A stretch of DNA of 64,000 nucleotides from positions 2,046,001 to 2,110,000 of the forward strand of contig NW_027117344.1 in NCBI RefSeq assembly GCF_038025025.1. Direction: 5' to 3'. A program made the position numbers and the translations under genes. Numbering within the stretch: the stretch's first letter is position 1; every line of letters starts with the position of its first letter. The DNA is from Phyllosticta citribraziliensis (Eukaryota). This document shows, piece after piece, positions 10,962 to 22,565 of the stretch. A model generated the notes under the pieces. It was given only the letters and a program-made list of their open reading frames with translations. It made no database searches and was not told the origin of the DNA.

Positions 10962-11418
10962 TGACAAGCGGAAATCATCACCACTAGACCATCGAAGACC
11001 TGTTTGTTGATGGAGGAGGCCCCCGTTGGTGTGGGTTATGAAGCGAGAGAGGGTCTGTTGTTGTGCCGAGATGCGCCGGAGCGATGCGCCGCTAGGCCAG
11101 TCTGGGTGATGTGTGGACAAGGATGGCTGGACTATTTTGCCGATTGTGGCCGAGCAGGCACTGCCACTGACCGTCGCTTTTTAGGGGGAGGGGAGCGTGG
11201 AGTTCTTTTGAGGGCTGTCTCCCTTATCTATGCTGGTCGACGTCTTTCAAAGCTGGAGACTCCCAGTTCACCAGGACCATCATTCCAATTTTGTTGTCCC
11301 CGTGCGAAGAATATTATATTAACTCCAAGACTACCTATTACCATCTATGCATGCCACGCTTATGAACAACGAAGCTCTACGTCTAAGATTACACCCGTGT
11401 TGAACGAGTTCAGCCAGC

Positions 11419-13545
11419 TCACTCGCTCCGCTCCCCCGGCGGCGTAGGAGCCTCGAGCACCTCCTGGATCCTCTGGCTCGGAAGCCACTGCTCAGCAGGA
11501 ATGACCCACCACGAGACGAGGGCAAATATGGTAACAATAGCCATGATGACGGGCGCATAGTTGAGCGTCTCGGCCGTGACGGGGAACTCGTACGGCGAAA
11601 AGAGAACAGCAACGACCCAGCCGTTCCAAAAGACGGCGATGAACTGGAACGGCTTGCTCAGCCAGCCCAGGCTCCATGCCGGCTTGGGGAAGGTTTTGGG
11701 GGTGCACAGGAGGCGGCCGAGGCAGATGAGGCCGTATGCTGCGACGGTTGGCACGCCTGCGGCGGAGACGAGCGATGTGAAGGCCACGGCGGATGGGAGG
11801 ATGCTGCAGCTGATAAAGGATGCGACGCCCCAGACCACCAGCACTGCGTTTCTCGGTTGGCCGTCGACGACTCGGGCGACCCAGCTGGACCATGGGAGAA
11901 CGCCGTCACGAGCTACGGCAAAGACTAGGCGCGAAGACGCCAGAATGGCGATTGCAGTGTTCTTCTAGAGTCAGCGCACGTCATGAGGGAAAGCTCACCG
12001 ACTTACCAGCCAGAGTGCCACGACGCAAACAACGTTCATGAAAATGTGGCCGCCTTTTCCGAGGATAACTGCATACAGGGGGACAAACGGCTGCTCTCCT
12101 CCAAAAGAGAACAGCGTATCAGCGTCCGGCTGGACACCCTTCATCAGCTCAAGCAAATCAAAGCATACAGGGGCAAACGTACAACACAGAACAGGAAGAG
12201 AATCATGACAGCAAATCCACCAAGACCACTGACAATCGTGCTCCAAAAGATCCCACGGGCCGCCGCGACGGACGCATTCTTCGTCTCCTCAGCCACATGG
12301 CCAGACGCGTCGAAACCGATCAGGATGCCGGCGGTGGCGAGGTACGACAGACACCAGTTCCAGCCAGCAGGGGCGCCCGTGCCGTTGTAGGTCGTCATGA
12401 AAGCCTCGTGCGCGGTGCGGAAGCCGTAGGTGTTCTTCGTTCCGATGGGTAGCCAGATCATGTTCAGCGCAAAGTCGAGAAGCACGACCATCGATGACAA
12501 CCAGAAGATGTGCCGGAAGTATTTTGCTGGAAAAGATCAGAATCGTTTGATAGGCAAAGAAGGTGAGGTTTACGTGGCATCAGGTTTGCCAATGCAGCTA
12601 CGGCCAGCATTACTTCTGTGCATATCCACTGGACCGCCCTGAACTTCACAGAGCTGCTGTCACTGGGAAAGTCGACGCTGAAGACGACGATTTCCTGGGG
12701 CGGCGGTCAGACAAGCCGAAAAGTTGACCAGAGGAAAAGCTTACCGAAAGAAAATAGTTGACAGTCGCTTGGGTATTACCTGCAACAAGGTCAGCTTGGT
12801 ATCATCTTCAAACACGTCAAAAGAACTGACTGGCACAAAAGGTCGTCCAAGCCGTGGTACTCCACCACGCAACGATGAAACCAAACAGCCTGCCAAACCG
12901 AGGACCGCCAGCCTCTGCAGCCCAGAGGTAAATGGACCCGGCCAACGGCAGCGATGAGCATATCTCGGCGATAGCAGCGGCAGTGATGAACGAGAAGACG
13001 CAGGACACGATAAAGCTCGTCCTACATCGGGATGTCAGAATTGGACAGAACCAATGCCTTTGTGTAAAAGAGCATACCAGTATGCCAGATTACCACCGGC
13101 TGCAATTCCGGTGCTAAACGTCGTCCTGACACCGCCGACGAAATACAACGCCGCTGATGGCTCTGTCAGCGCGAATCGGGAGGGGAAAGAAGGCGAAAAC
13201 GAACCAAACGACGTCGCAAAGTTGTGGAAGATGCTGTACGTCCGATGAAGCACCTACAATTCACACCTCACACATCAACATCAACATCTCGAATCGACCT
13301 CCAATCACGGGATTTGACAATCGCAGCCCAGCAATGCAAAACAACAAGGGTAGAATTACAGGCTTGTACCCCAAATTTCTCTGCAAATTCAGACATCAGT
13401 CATTTCATTCGCCAGAGTAGGACGAATGGCTACGAACGAGAACGGCAGCGTCCTTGGTGTTGTCGAACGACTCTCCCTCCGACGAGTCGTAGTCGGGCAC
13501 CGCTTGGCTGCTGCTGGCCTGCGCCAAGGCGTCGGATCGAGCCAT
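11419..13545 (-). CDS. APC-superfamily amino-acid/GABA/choline/polyamine permease, multi-exon
   Basis: ATG 13545 (MARSDALAQ...). Exon pieces RNLGYKP / VLHRTYSIFHNFATSF / AEICSSLPLAGSIYLW / GFDASGHVAEETKNAS / NYAPV; about nine short GT-AG introns including 21- and 35-nt micro-exons. Confidence 0.9.
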
Positions 13546-15868
13546 GTCGGGAGCGTGGAGGCGAACGGAGGCGGACGAGATAGATGTGGGGATGATGGGA
13601 TGGGGGCGCGGTCGTGATGCCCAAAGCGGCGCTGGGTTCCTGCCAATTGCCGACGCCTTTCGCTCGTGTTCTGGTGTGGATCTGCCGCCGATGCTGCTGC
13701 TGGTACGGCAGGCGAAAAGAAGAGAAGATGATGTTGGAATAGAGTCGCTGCTTTCGCTACCAAACAGAAAAATAAAGTAGCTCGTGCCACCATACGCGCG
13801 GATAATTAGATGTAATTTTTGATTTTTTTCTTTTCGCTCTACTTTTTTGCTTTGCTCCCGCTAATCACGACAGGGCGCGCCATATCTCACCCGTTGAGTA
13901 CGTCACCACGGCAATTTTTTCTCTGCGGTGTCGGACCGGCCAGGACTTTCACGCCAGCGGCCCCTCTCTCAAACAATACAGACGGCTCGTTTGAAAGATA
14001 CAGTCGCGCTGCATGAAAGCGTTGTGAATATGAGGCAGAATGTATACCGAGCAGCGCGCAGCATCGTCACTGTCGTGCTTCTCGCTGCGTAGCGGTAGCG
14101 TCCGCCGCCCGGAAGCAATCGCGTGCCGGCCCTTGATTCCGCAATTGAGACAGCGCCGCCGCAAGCGTTGCCTATCTCATTGAAGACCGGTAGGGCACGA
14201 AGGAAACCAACGGTAACAATGGCTGACTGGCGTTCTCGCTGCCCCCGGAAAATGCCAATTTGGGAAGACGTGTATGCACGCCGCTGTCTTTGTCGTGGGC
14301 GTCGCGGTTGGGTTGCTGCCGCGCTGCCACTTGTCGACGCGCGACTGGACTGGATGGGCCGGAGTTGCTTCCTGGCGAAGGGTGAGTCTTGCGTGTCGCG
14401 AATGGTGCGGTAGAGGGGACAGAGAGATGTGGGAGGGAGCAAAGTGAGAAAAGGTTTCAACACCAAGATCCTGAACTGCCTTGAGTGAGGTTGGTGGTAG
14501 ATGCGCGCAGCAGACGGCAGAGAGAGGATTGCTTGTTGAAGAGACCACCATGATGAAACGAAAGACCAAACTGCTTACCCAACGAACAAAGACTCGGACT
14601 CCCACGAAGAGACTCCAACACACAAAGCACACGCCAAACCAGCAAACATCTTCCTTCTCCAGCCAGCCTCAACGAGTAAATCCCGCTCCGCCCATGTCCG
14701 CTCCGCCCTTTCCTCCGACTTGACTCAGAACCCACAACCAGCCCACCACACTGGCACTCACCAGCCACAGACAACCCATGCCAGACAGACAAGCACCATG
14801 CCCGCTCCGCAAACTCTAAACCGGCGCGCCAGCGAAGCTTGGCCGTGAGGTAAAAACGTCCGCCTGCTGTCTCTCATCACCCAACCTTAACCTCTACCCT
14901 TCTACCACTATCACAGGCGCGCTTTTACCACTGAGTTGATGGAGCCCATCGATTGGATGACGCAGTTTCACACTCATATCTGAACCCCCCCTTCCTTATC
15001 AACGGTTACCTGCAGCAGGCGTCCGCTTGCTGCATCCCCCGGATCGACGGCACATGCATTGATAGATTAATCTGGGGGACAGCGGCAAGATAGACGCGAA
15101 GAAAGCATAAACGCACATCCACAAGCGACCATCATAATATTTGGTGGGTCAGAGGAAAAGGAAGAAAAGAACATTATATTCTCCCGCAGGCTGACGGACA
15201 CAGACAGACAAAAGGCAGCAGCAGTGAGGTAGGTAATCCGTTGTTTTCACTGTTCGAATGCCATGAGAATCGTTACACAAGTCAATCCAATCGCAGTCGT
15301 CGACTCATCATATCAGAAGCGCTGCGTGGTCATCGACCTCGTTCCCAAGCAAATCCTTCGACTTTGCCGCTCCGTCAAAACGCACCCAAGCCGCCTGAAA
15401 TGCAGCAACTTTTCAAGAAAGACCAAGAGTCTCATCGACCATTGCCGCCAGCAAGCGCTCGGAGAACCACCCACCTCGCCTCGAACTCATCGTCAGCAGC
15501 CGAGAATCTCTCCATGTCTGAGTGGTCCTCGGCGGTGCGCCAAGTTCCAATTAAAACCAAAACAAAACGCCAGAGCCCATGATGCGCCCAATGCAGGTGT
15601 TCAGATGCGATCCCAATCCCGTCTATGTATCGTCGTCCGGAGTCCAAGGAATTGGCCGCCACCGCCTGTGCGTGGGTTGAAACAGCCAACCAGACGAGTG
15701 CTGCATCTGCCAGGCTACCACGTTCGGGGCGACGGCTCAGGGAGGAGGAAAATCGTCAAAAACAAAATATTGGCCAAGAAGAAAATGAAAAAAGACCCAA
15801 TCCGAATGCTGCCAATAACAACGGAAGAAAAGCGTCATTACCCGTTCCAATCATTGAAAATTTCGTCA

Positions 15869-17787
15869 TCACCATCCGGCTAGGCAAGCCACAGCGGCGC
15901 ACAGCGCCATTGCTGACGCCCCCAAAGCCCGGCGCGAGACCCATCCCTTGGCCACCATGGCAACGGCAGCCGACGTGACCTTGGCGGTCGGCTCCGCAGC
16001 GCCACCCGTCATGGTCAGCGCCAGGCCTGTCGCAGTAGCCGCAATCATGGCCGACGTTGTGCTGGGCTCGCCGGATCTTCCGCCCGAGCTCGTGTTTGGC
16101 GTTTGGCTGTCGGCGGCAGCGCTGGCGGACTTGGAGCCTAGCTGGAAGCCAACATTGGCAATGACGGCCTCGGTGTCACGGACCGTAAAGGTTGCCTTGC
16201 CGTTGCCGTCAATGGTGACAGTTTGCGCATCGCTGACCTTGGTCGGCTGGCCGTTGCCGCTGGTCTCGTAGCTGATGCCGTTGAACGTCGTGTTCGAGGT
16301 CGACTCGGCGCCGGGTCCAGTGAGGTAGCTGAGGTACAGAGTCTTACCCTTGGCGTTCGGGAAGTTTGCGGTAAAGGTGACGCTGCCCTTGTTGGCGACG
16401 CTCGAGTTTGCCATTTTGTTGTTGATGACCGTCAGCGAAGACAGCTGACCATTGGCGTATCCAGCGTATGCGCGCACGTACGGGCTGTACGCAGAATCGA
16501 GGCTCGAGGCACTCACCGGAGCAATGCGCGTGGTGCCGTTTCCAGCTCCAATGAGTTGCGCGACTGCGGCGTAGGCATAGTAGACTGGACGCACGTTGGG
16601 ACCGAGGCCTTTCCGGGTAATAGGCTGCCACGGAGCAGCATACGAGTTGTCCGTCATGTGCATCTGCACCGATGACACATTGAGAGAGGCAGCGTAAAGG
16701 AAAAAGTTCAAGCCCCAGATGCCAGCGCCAAGCGTGTCGCTAACGCCGTGCGCACCTGTAGGGCCAACGCTCTGCATCTCGCGCAGGTTGTAAGGGATGC
16801 CCTTGTCGAGAGCAATCTTGATCTGGTTCTTCCAGTAGGTGAACTGGGAGACGGTGTTGTCCAGATTCATGACCCAGTCCAGCGTCAGGGGTGTCGTGGA
16901 AACGTCGATAAAGTAGAGGTAGTCGTGCTGATTCCACGACGCCAGGAAGTCGTCCGAAGCGCCCGTCACCTTTTGCTGAACGCCGTCCGAGACGAGCTGG
17001 TTGACTTCAAATGTCGTCCCAATAGTACTGGCGGTGCAGGGACCTTCAAAGGACTGGGGAGTCCAGCCTCCGGCGGGCTGCAGCACGCGCTCCCACACGG
17101 CCTGAGCTCGTGTCTTCCACTCGTTGACGTAGGTGGTCCCGCTCCAGGCGCCCGTGCGGAAGCCGTTCTGGGCGTACAGATCAGGCTCGTTGCCGATTTC
17201 AAACGACACGAGGTCCACGTTGGAGAGGTTGTTGAGTGCGGCCGAGGCCATGAGCGAGATTTGGTCGAGGTAGTCGTCAAGGTTGTAGGCCAAGTTCAGG
17301 CCCAAGGTAATGGGGGTGCCCTTGGGAAACCGGCTGACGGCCTGAAAAAAGCGCGGGCCAACAATGTCGGCATCGCTAGCGATTGCGCCCTGACCTTTGG
17401 AGTTGGGGTTGGTGGCCACCTTCCAGTCATTCATGTCGGCCTTGTAGAGGAAGTAATCCTGCGTGTTTCCTCCCAGGCGAATGTGGCCTGGCTTGCCAGA
17501 GTAGCTTGCGAGGTTTTGCATCAAGTTGACCGAAAACTCGTTTGCAGTCGCAGCTCCGGTGTATGAGAACAGGTTTGAGGGCTCGATGCCTGGGGAAAAG
17601 GTTAGCAGAGGAACAAGAAGTCAGGGAAAGGCGACGTACCGAACCCAGCAAACTCGGGGGCCATGACCTGTGCTATGCCGCTGGCCTGCGAGGCCGAAGC
17701 GACGAGCGAAAAGGACGGGTTTGCCGCGTTGGCGGCGCCGGCCAACAGGGCCGGCAGAAGTATTACTGCTCTGGAATTACTGCGCAT
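15869..17787 (-). CDS. Secreted, probably GPI-anchored glycoside hydrolase family 79 (beta-glucuronidase-like)
   Basis: Signal peptide MRSNSRAVILLPALLAGAANA; intron 17639-17590; motifs IRLGGNTQD, FEIGNEPD, GVSDTLGAGIW, VRPVYYAY; S/T-rich linker and hydrophobic C-terminus. Confidence 0.88.
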
Positions 17788-18174
17788 TTTGGGATGGTGG
17801 AGTTAGGAAAATGGAAAAAGAGGCAGGCAGGCTCCGGGGGGTGGAGATTTTGATGTAGGTAGGTTTGGGCCAGGCAAGATGGATGGTGTGGAGCCGGAAG
17901 TGGAAGAGCGAAAGACTTCAAAGGCCGTGAGAACCGGACGCAGGCAGCCAAGGAAGGCTACGGACAAGCGAAGGGTCGTTGGATGCAGGAACGAAGAGAG
18001 CAGGTTAGAGGGAGGGGGGAAGGATAGAAAAAAGAAGAAGCAGCGGAAGGGCCAGTCGAGGATTGCCTGGAGATTCCTTGGTCTCGGAGCAGTGACGTCT
18101 AGGGGACGGGGAGCGCAAGCGACCTGAGCATCCATGTGGCTGAGCGCGAGAGAGGAGAGGAAGGGGAGAAAGGG

Positions 18175-18212
<38 letters not shown>

Positions 18213-18308
18213 GCGGGGAGTGCGACGGCAGCCGTTTGGTGTCAGCCGGTGAGCAGAGCCAGGGCAAGACTTGGTTGGCGTTGGCGTTGGCGTTGGCGTT
18301 GGCGTTGG
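18175..18308 (+). repeat. A34 homopolymer (18175-18208) and (GTTGGC)5 microsatellite (18274-18308)
   Basis: Read directly from the sequence. Confidence 0.95.
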
Positions 18309-20616
18309 TGCGCCGGGAGCACCGGGGGCAGTGAGGGAGGGCGTCTGACAGCGAAACTGGGTGGTGTGGAGGTCAGTGCAGGCTCAGGCGCAGGCTCACA
18401 GGCCCGGCCATGTGGATCTGGAATGCCGCCAACCTTCTCCCACTGCAGGTGTTGCATCGCACAGCCTCGTCCAGCATTTCCCTGCTGTCGTCGACCGTCG
18501 ACCGTCCTCCATTCTCCCTCACCACCACCACGATATGTATACGACCCAACGGCCTCGGGCGATCACCCCGCGACCGAGACGGCCAGATGCAGCCAGTGCA
18601 GTGCAGAATCCCCACTGCTCGAGCTCCGCTGGGCCATGCCGTCATTGTGCCGCAACAAAGCTGATTGATTCTACGCAGTCTTGAAGAAACTGATGCTGAC
18701 GTCGGCGCCTGGCTGAAACCCGACTCATGTCAGGCCGACGTCTCTTCCTTGGTCTGTTGTCCTGCCTTGATCTCCAGAGTCCTTTTGCTGCGCTTGGCTG
18801 CGCTCCGTCCCGTCAGGCCTTGGAGCGGTCTGGCACGCTTTGTCGTCCTGTTGCTCTGCACCCTTCTTCCAGGCCCGACTTTATGACATGCGGAATCCAC
18901 AAGATCTTCCATTGCCCGTTCTTCTAGGTCCTCCCTGACAACGCAACCCCTCCACGCCATCCCATTCGCTGCGCTCCCAAATGTCTAAGAAGATCCCCCG
19001 ATTATGCGCCGCCTTGACTACAGCCACATGCACACCGCCGACGTGCCAATCGCGACGGTGCGCGTCCTGGCCACGTCCTCCAGCCCCCAACTACAAATTC
19101 TACAACCACCCGCGTCTCCAGCTGTCCTCACCCTGTTGATCAATAAATGTCCATCGGCTCAAGTGACGCCCGCGCTGACCACCATGATCCATGTCCAACA
19201 GCCTCGCGCCATCCATGACTCGTCCTTGGCTGCCACGACGCCACACCAGCCACAACGTCGTCCACCTCGACCCGACCCGCTCGCGCCCGTCCCCGTCCCC
19301 ATCCCCGTCCCCATCTGGATTCCTGACATTAATTAGACTTTTGCCCTGCTCAGGAACCGTGTAACCCGCCCTCGTCCAGAGAGGACCAGACACACCCTTC
19401 ATTTCCACTCCCTGTGCAATGCTACGGCACATACAGCCGCTCGCCGTTTGCTGCACCGGTTCGCAGTCCGAAAAAACGCTCGCTTCGCTCGCCGTCCGTC
19501 ACACCAGCAACGCAGCGCAACCGCAGCAGCCTCACCCTCAGGGTCCTGCCTGTGAATAAAATCCATGCATGTTCCCCAGAAACCTCTACATGGCAGTCCC
19601 TTGACGCCATCCAAAGGGCGCCGCACGCCATGCCTCATCATTTCCCCCCCGCATTCTTCAATCTCCATCATGCGTCGCGTCGCACCGCACGACGCTCCTC
19701 CCCAACAGGCTCCTCCCCAGATTCAATGCGGCCTCTTGAAACTTTCGCGCGGTACTGGCCAAGCTCATTGCCGCTCCGGCCAAGCCTCACCGTATGGCCA
19801 TCAACCGGGTAAATGGCTTCTGTCGCACGTGAAATCCAAGGAAATGAGGCGCGCGCTCTTGTGCTGCCTTGGCTTTTGCCGTTTGACTGCGGCACCTTGT
19901 GTTTGGAAATTTTGTTGAAGACCTGCAGCCAAAATCATGATTGTGTTGGTGTCGCGTGCGCTGACGGTTTCGCACTCCTGCCATTTTGCATAGACTTCCA
20001 ACGAGATGGGTCTTTTACGACGCTGTCACTCCTTAGCATCCCACGATGCCAAATCATGTTTGAACAATTCAAAGTCAGGGGTAGATGATGATAAATAGAA
20101 GCGGATGCTCTGGGAGACTTTTACGCGAGACTGGCAACAAAAGTCCCATGAATGTCGAAATGATTGGCGAGTTCTTGAATGTCTAGAGATGAAAGCTTTA
20201 CTGCTGTTGAATTGCTTGAATGCTTTACGTTGCCAAGTCCAATTCCAAGTCTGCTGCCGCTGCGACTAAATCACAAATCAAGCAAACTGTGTGTAAGAGT
20301 ACAGGCACTTCCAGCGCAATGAACGATCAAGTCCGATTGAAGCTGAGAATTTGGTCTACCAAAGAGAGCGATGTCGGCGGAAATTCGCAGTGCATACAAA
20401 ATTCTGGAAAAGGAAGTTCAAAAGTTCCGTTCCAGTGCTTCGGTGCCATGACGTCATTGGCAAGGATCAAGGAAACTGGTGCTTGTCACCTCCGCGTTCC
20501 TGGCAAGGAACTCCAACGACCACGACCACGAACCCCATCATCTCCGCCTTCTCGTCGACAATTCTGCAAGTCGTTCAAGTCCGCCGACTCGACGACTTTG
20601 GCTTCCCGTTTCCAGG

Positions 20617-21651
20617 ATGGGCTTCCGTGACGCCCGCATCAGCCGCTCCATCATCCGCGCCATCTTCCACCAAACCAATCCCAAGGACGCAACCCTGGTC
20701 GGCCGCATCCTCGCCTTTTTCTCGTTCCTCCAGCTGCTACTCATCAGATTTCGCCCCAGAGTATTTGAACACCTCCGGAAAGATGTGTGGAAGTTGGACG
20801 AGGATGAATACCGTGAGAGCTTTCGCAGCGCTGATAAGAGCGGCGGCTCCTTGAAGCCCGTGGGTGACTTGGGATACTCTGGATCCACCTTCTTCACCAC
20901 CCCAAACTCCAAGTATCTGATCAAAAGCCTGCCCAGGGCGTTTGAATACGAGTTCTTCATGGAGGACCTTTGCGACAAGTACGTCGAGCACATGACAAAC
21001 AACCCCAACAGCCTCTTGGTCCGCATCACCGATTTCCTTGAAGCCATCGGCCCGGCCATTGGGAGCTGGATTGGGACCGCGCCCGCACATCACGTCGTCA
21101 TGGAAAACGTTCTATACGGAAAAGAGACGGACGAACAACAAGACAAATGGGAGACGTACGATCTCAAGCCTTCGAGCTACTTTTATCCCGAGCGCGACCT
21201 TGCCGGCGGGAGACTGGCGCCGGACAGCGTCAAGGAACGCCTGGTCGATCACTTCCCGGACAAGATGAGATTGTCGCCGCACGACCACGCCGAGTTGATC
21301 AAGCTACTGGAAGCGGACACGGCCTTGCTGAGATCAGCAAACGCAGTTGACTACTCGCTCTTTCTCGTTCGATACCCGGCAGAGCCTGCGCGTGAAGTTT
21401 CCAGTCCGGCAGCGAATGAGCGCTCCTGGCGCAATGGAGTCCTGTCTCGGGATGGGAAATGGGTCTATCGCGCCGTAGTGCTGGATTTCTTCTGGGCCAA
21501 GCACAAGATGCAGCCAAAGCTCATGACCAAGCTGATCAGGAGCTTCAATTTCTTCGCACACAAGGGACCCATGAGCATTACGACGACGCCCGATGAGTAC
21601 CGTGGCCGCTTCCTGGAAATGGTTCAGGGCTACATTGAGGCATCAGAGTAG
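20617..21651 (+). CDS. Minimal phosphatidylinositol-phosphate kinase (PIP5K-like) domain protein
   Basis: Motifs GDLGYSGSTFF, YLIKSL, HVVMENV, YDLKP, DYSLFL, P.EYRGRF. The likely start is ATG 20617; the ORF track starts at an upstream GTG. Confidence 0.85.
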   Translation: MGFRDARISRSIIRAIFHQTNPKDATLVGRILAFFSFLQLLLIRFRPRVFEHLRKDVWKLDEDEYRESFRSADKSGGSLKPVGDLGYSGSTFFTTPNSKYLIKSLPRAFEYEFFMEDLCDKYVEHMTNNPNSLLVRITDFLEAIGPAIGSWIGTAPAHHVVMENVLYGKETDEQQDKWETYDLKPSSYFYPERDLAGGRLAPDSVKERLVDHFPDKMRLSPHDHAELIKLLEADTALLRSANAVDYSLFLVRYPAEPAREVSSPAANERSWRNGVLSRDGKWVYRAVVLDFFWAKHKMQPKLMTKLIRSFNFFAHKGPMSITTTPDEYRGRFLEMVQGYIEASE

Positions 21652-22565
21652 TTGTGCCTCGACGTTGTTACCCCAAAGCGGCCTTGGGAGAACGTCCGCT
21701 GTGGATGATTATTGTTGGACGATCGGCTTTCATTTCTTCCGTTCTAGAAATATTGTGCTTTTCGAGCTAGTAGATACCCCTGACCATGTCCTTTTCTCAC
21801 GCTCCTGACAAGCCATGCTCCCAATGTTTTCCAAGCGATTTTCGCGTCTATTCTGGGCACGCAAAGGATCAAGCCGCTGATCGCCTGCTCCGAAAGACTA
21901 TCATTTTTTTGGTGTGAGAGCAGTTCGAAGCCGATTGTTCTTCTGGCTCATTCTTCTCCCTTTGCAGACAAGAACCAGACTTGGGATGTCAGCTTGTGGC
22001 ACAGTGGGGCAGCTGTCAGCCCGCCGGTCTGCCAGCCATTGACGACGCCTCAAATAAGCCTCTACTGGGAGCCCAATCGGATTCTTTCACAGGGCTGTAT
22101 AAGAAGATAGCCCTATCAAGCTATGCATGATCTTCGATATGAGGGTCCATTTTGCGAGACGCGTTCTGCCTACAAACGCACGTTTCTCTCACTATCAACA
22201 CTCATCTAACCCAATGTGGCAACAAACAGAGAGCTGCCCCTCACATCAGCACTGCCCCGCCTACCATAGCTTCGGCAAGCTACTGATAGTGAGCCAGCGG
22301 GCGGCCATCTGAGGTGAGGCGTTCAGAGACAGCCGCCAGTAGCGTCATTCGTGCAACTAGAACTTCAGCGGCGCTAAAAACCGAAAAAGGGTCACCGCAC
22401 AAGATAAATAGCGACACCGCGACGCCCCACATATGCTTCCTCCGCGGCAGCATTCTATTTCTCCACCACTAGCAGCATTCTCTACATAAATCTGTTCCCA
22501 AGTCCCCGGCTCAAGTAGCAAAACACCAATTCGAAAGCCTCCCACCTCAAGCTCTCTCGCCCAAA

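Larger units (their letters stand above)
10847..10998 (-). tRNA. tRNA-Asp(GTC) with a canonical 37/38 intron and a spliceosomal-type intron in the T-loop
   Basis: Exons 10998-10962 (TCTTCGATGGTCTAGTGGTGATGATTTCCGCTTGTCA), 10944-10924 (CGCGGGAGACCGGGGTTCGAT) and 10860-10847 (TCCCCGTCGGAGAG) join to 72 nt. Acceptor TCTTCGA/TCGGAGA plus G73, anticodon stem TCCGC/GCGGG, anticodon GTC at 10965-10963, T-stem CGGGG/CCCCG. Confidence 0.92.

Noticed and set aside
14885..14891. CCTTAAC as a U12-type branch point
   Set aside because: No RTATCCTT donor; it fits an ordinary U2 branch variant or chance.
18175..18208. A34 tract as a retroelement poly-A tail
   Set aside because: No target-site duplication or upstream RT/SINE body visible; the window has many simple repeats.
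18981..19336. Short ORFs upstream of the PIP kinase
   Set aside because: No motifs, codon bias or splice structure supporting a coding function.
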